Shown piece by piece: positions 61,178-64,000 of a DNA stretch of 64,000 nt. The notes beneath the pieces are model-generated. The model searched no databases and was not told the DNA's origin. It saw only the letters and a list, made by a program, of their open reading frames with translations. A program made the position numbers and the translations under genes. Numbering within the stretch: position 1 is the first letter of the stretch; every line of letters begins with the position of its first letter. The DNA is from Vicinamibacterales bacterium (lineage in GTDB: Bacteria; Acidobacteriota; Vicinamibacteria; Vicinamibacterales; UBA2999), in contig CBDFLL010000004.1 in NCBI GenBank assembly GCA_965249205.1, forward strand, positions 776,194 through 840,193, in the 5' to 3' direction.

Positions 61178-61750
61178 ATGAGCCGGATCGCGCTATCGGC
61201 CCCAGTGCCGCGCACACCACTGCACTCGCGCACGATCGAATGTAGGGGTTATCGTCGCGACGACGCTCTCTACGATATCGAAGGCCACCTGGTCGACGTG
61301 AAGAGTGTCGCGTTCCACAACATGGATCGCGGTGAGGTAAAGGCAGGGGAACCGATCCATGAAATGTGGATACGCCTGACTGTCGATCTCAAGCTGCATG
61401 TGGTCGATGTCGAAGCGCAGACCGTGTGGGGGCCTTACGCGGCCTGCGGTGACATTGCGCCTAACTTCAAGCGGTTGAAAGGTTTGACGATCAAGCAGGG
61501 GTGGACACAAAAAACACGCGCACTGCTAGGGGGCACCAAGGGATGCACGCATCTGGTCGAGTTATTGGGGCCGGTTGCGACGACTGCGTTTCAGACCGTG
61601 TATGCGGATAAGGTCGACCGCGAGAGGCAGAACGGCGAGGAAGTGAAACCGCCGCAGATCGACTCGTGTCATATCTACGCGTCCGACGGCCCGGTCGTTG
61701 AGAAGGTGCATCCCGAGTACTACACGGGTCCCCGGAAGGCGTCAGGTTGA
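61178..61750 (+). CDS. DUF2889-like protein
   Basis: H-RTI---Y-R-D-L-DIEG-L-D-K, HEM, GCTHL-ELL, DSCH. Confidence 0.8.
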   Translation: MSRIALSAPVPRTPLHSRTIECRGYRRDDALYDIEGHLVDVKSVAFHNMDRGEVKAGEPIHEMWIRLTVDLKLHVVDVEAQTVWGPYAACGDIAPNFKRLKGLTIKQGWTQKTRALLGGTKGCTHLVELLGPVATTAFQTVYADKVDRERQNGEEVKPPQIDSCHIYASDGPVVEKVHPEYYTGPRKASG

Positions 61751-61755
61751 CCCTA

Positions 61756-63207
61756 GGTGATTTCAAGGGGTCGTCGCAACACGTCCTCACTGGTGTGAGC
61801 GTAGCAGTTCGTTGAAGGCTTCGGATGGAGTTCTCCAACTGAGAGTCTTCCGCGGTCGGCGGTTGAGTGTGGCCGCGACAGCCGCGCTGTCGCGAGCGTT
61901 GTACCGACTGAGGTCAGTCCCTTTGGGGAAGTACTGGCGCAGGAGGCCGTTGGTGTTCTCGTTCGTGCCGCGCTGCCACGGACTGCGGGGGTCGCAGAAG
62001 AATACCTGCAGCCCCGTGTCGATACGCAGTTGGGCGTGCTGGGCCATCTCCGCGCCTTGGTCCCAGGTCAGTGACCGACGAAGCTGATCAGGGAGCGTCG
62101 CGATCGTCGACGTGATCGCATCCCGTACGGCTTCGGCGCCATGCCCGGCAAGCGCCGGACCGTTCCTGACCCTGCGTCGGCCACGTTCGGCCATGCGGGG
62201 CAGGTGGAGCAACATCGTGAATCGGGTGGTGCGTTCAACCAATGTGCCGATCGCGGAGCTGCCAAGTCCGATGATCAGGTCGCCTTCCCAGTGTCCAGGA
62301 ACCGCTCGGTCCGCGGCCTCGGCGGGCCGCTCGCTGATCATGATCGCGGGGCCGACAAACGCCTTGCCACGACTCCGGCGGCGGGCCCTCGGCACGCGCA
62401 ACGCCCGTCCGGTGCGCAGGCATGCCGTCAGGTCGCGGCGCAGTGCCCCCCGCCCCTGGATGTACAGCGCTTGGTAAATGGCTTCGTGCGAGACCCTCAT
62501 CGATGCATCGTCGGGATACTCTAGCCGGAGCCGACGGGCGATCTGCTGCGGGCTCCACGCCGTCGCCCAATGTCGGTCCTGGCGGCGGCCATGACGTCGA
62601 CCACCCCAGGAGCCCACGCGTGGGCCAAGCACGGGCGTCCCGTCCTCAGCCATGACCGTGCCCGCGAGGCGGTCCTGCACGTAGATCCTCAGCCGATCAT
62701 TCGCGGCCAGCTTGGCGGTCTTCGGGCGCCTGGCACGTCGGTCGCTGTGCCACTGCGCTGTCGACGCCCGATACTCCAGACCACCGCTCCGAGTCGCCGC
62801 ATTGCGATGCAGCTCTCGCGAAACCGTCGACGGGGCTCTACGGAGCCGACCGGCTATGTCGCGCACCCCGGCACCCTGAGCGCTCAGGATCGCAATCTCT
62901 TCTCGCTCCGCGAACGACAGGTAACAAGCCGATCGGGGCGCCACACTGATCGACGGCATACCACCGCTCTCACGGAACCAACGACCGCCCACGGGCGCCG
63001 ACACACCACATGACACCGCGGCATCCTCACTCGACAGCCCCCGGGCGATCGCCTTCCAGAACCGGCGCTGCTCCTCGCGCCCCGCGACCGGCGGCCGACC
63101 AGGCGAACGCATCGCAGGCCGGCCCGCCCGGTCTGACCTTCTTCGTTTCCGTTTCTGCATCGCAGTACCTCATCATCGAGGCGTTGCGACGACCAGTTGA
63201 ATTCACC
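61756..63207 (-). mobile_element. IS30-family insertion sequence
   Basis: Imperfect 25-bp IRs GGTGATTTCAAGGGGTCGTCGCAAC and revcomp GGTGAATTCAACTGGTCGTCGCAAC; CTA duplicated at 61753-61755 and 63208-63210. Confidence 0.9.
61787..63160 (-). CDS. IS30-family transposase
   Basis: WSPQQI, SHEAIYQ, GHWEGDL, TWDQG-E, PWQRGTNENTNGLLRQY. Confidence 0.95.
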   Translation of the reverse strand: MQKRKRRRSDRAGRPAMRSPGRPPVAGREEQRRFWKAIARGLSSEDAAVSCGVSAPVGGRWFRESGGMPSISVAPRSACYLSFAEREEIAILSAQGAGVRDIAGRLRRAPSTVSRELHRNAATRSGGLEYRASTAQWHSDRRARRPKTAKLAANDRLRIYVQDRLAGTVMAEDGTPVLGPRVGSWGGRRHGRRQDRHWATAWSPQQIARRLRLEYPDDASMRVSHEAIYQALYIQGRGALRRDLTACLRTGRALRVPRARRRSRGKAFVGPAIMISERPAEAADRAVPGHWEGDLIIGLGSSAIGTLVERTTRFTMLLHLPRMAERGRRRVRNGPALAGHGAEAVRDAITSTIATLPDQLRRSLTWDQGAEMAQHAQLRIDTGLQVFFCDPRSPWQRGTNENTNGLLRQYFPKGTDLSRYNARDSAAVAATLNRRPRKTLSWRTPSEAFNELLRSHQ

Positions 63208-63217
63208 CTAGACCACT

Positions 63218-64000
63218 CGTGCTTATCCGGTTGTTTCAGCAAGCCACCACCGGTAGTGTATCGGCGTGGCGCGCCCGTCGTTTCCGAAGAATCTCCGGGA
63301 GTTTCAGCGGCAATTTGCGACCGCCGAGGCCTGTCAGGACTACTTGGCGGCGTGCCGCTGGCCGGACGGCTTTGTGTGTCCCCGGTGCCGGCACGCGCGC
63401 GGCTATCGCCTGACCACACACCGGCGCTGGCAATGTGCGGCGTGCCGGTATCAGGTGTCGCTGACCGCCGGGACGATTCTCCACAACACGAAGACGCCGC
63501 TCCTGGTGTGGTTCTGGGCGGCCTATTTGACGGTTACCGACAAGCGGGGCCTCTCGGCGCTCCTGCTGCAGCGGCAGTTGGGCCTGCGGCGGTACGAAAC
63601 GGCGTGGCTGCTGTTGCACAAGCTGCGGCGCGCGATGGTGAACGCGGGGCGGGAGCCCTTGTACGGCGACGTGGAGATCGATGACACCTGGGTGGGCGCG
63701 CCCCAGGCCGGCCTGCGCGGCAGTCGCCAACTCAAGGGGCGGAAAGCCGCGCTGGTGCTGGTGGCGGTGGAACGACGCGGGGATCGGTCGGGTCGGGTCC
63801 GCATGTCCGTGATCCCGAACTTCAAACAATCGACGATGCTCGCGTTCGTCACTCACCACATTGCGCCGGGGGCGACGGTCTACACCGACGGGCTGAAAAG
63901 TTTCGATGGGCTCCAGGCCGCTGACGTGAGACACGTCGCCCGCCCGCAACCGATCCGGAGCGCCCTGCACAGGGGGGTGCCCTCCGTCGTGCCTTTGGCC
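63218..64000 (+). mobile_element. IS1595-family element, copy 2 (runs off window; transposase GTG at 63266)
   Basis: Same IR CGTGCTTATCCGGTTGTTTCAGC; matching overlapping ORF translations appear identical to copy 1; opposite orientation. Confidence 0.93.

Noticed and set aside
1-64000. tRNA, rRNA, prophage or known defence systems
   Set aside because: No supporting motifs seen on either strand.

Overview
High-GC bacterial window. The gene repertoire (Ser/Thr kinase with TolB-like propeller, DUF6152/DUF6644-type families, futalosine genes, complete isc operon) suggests Acidobacteriota, possibly Vicinamibacterales; this is an inference. Positions 1-24.4 kb are an accessory patchwork: IS5, an IS6 remnant, IS1595, a MITE, at least five gene fragments, two divergent copies of an uncharacterised three-gene exported module, a DUF6644-type membrane pair with a 29-aa peptide, acyl-CoA genes, and a hidden UGA-readthrough selenoprotein (UxxC, SECIS-like hairpin). 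Positions 24.4-50 kb are mostly housekeeping: iscRSUA-hscBA-fdx-iscX-mqnD, envelope genes, a B12 radical SAM, riboswitch-led btuDCF, mqnE, nadA with a Rex-like operator, sod and korAB-ferredoxin. Positions 50-64 kb hold hydrolases, liuBCDE, DUF2889, IS30 and a second IS1595 copy. The IS1595 flanks point to a fixed target 8-mer and a possible ~39 kb inversion. Family names come from motif recognition only; no searches were run.
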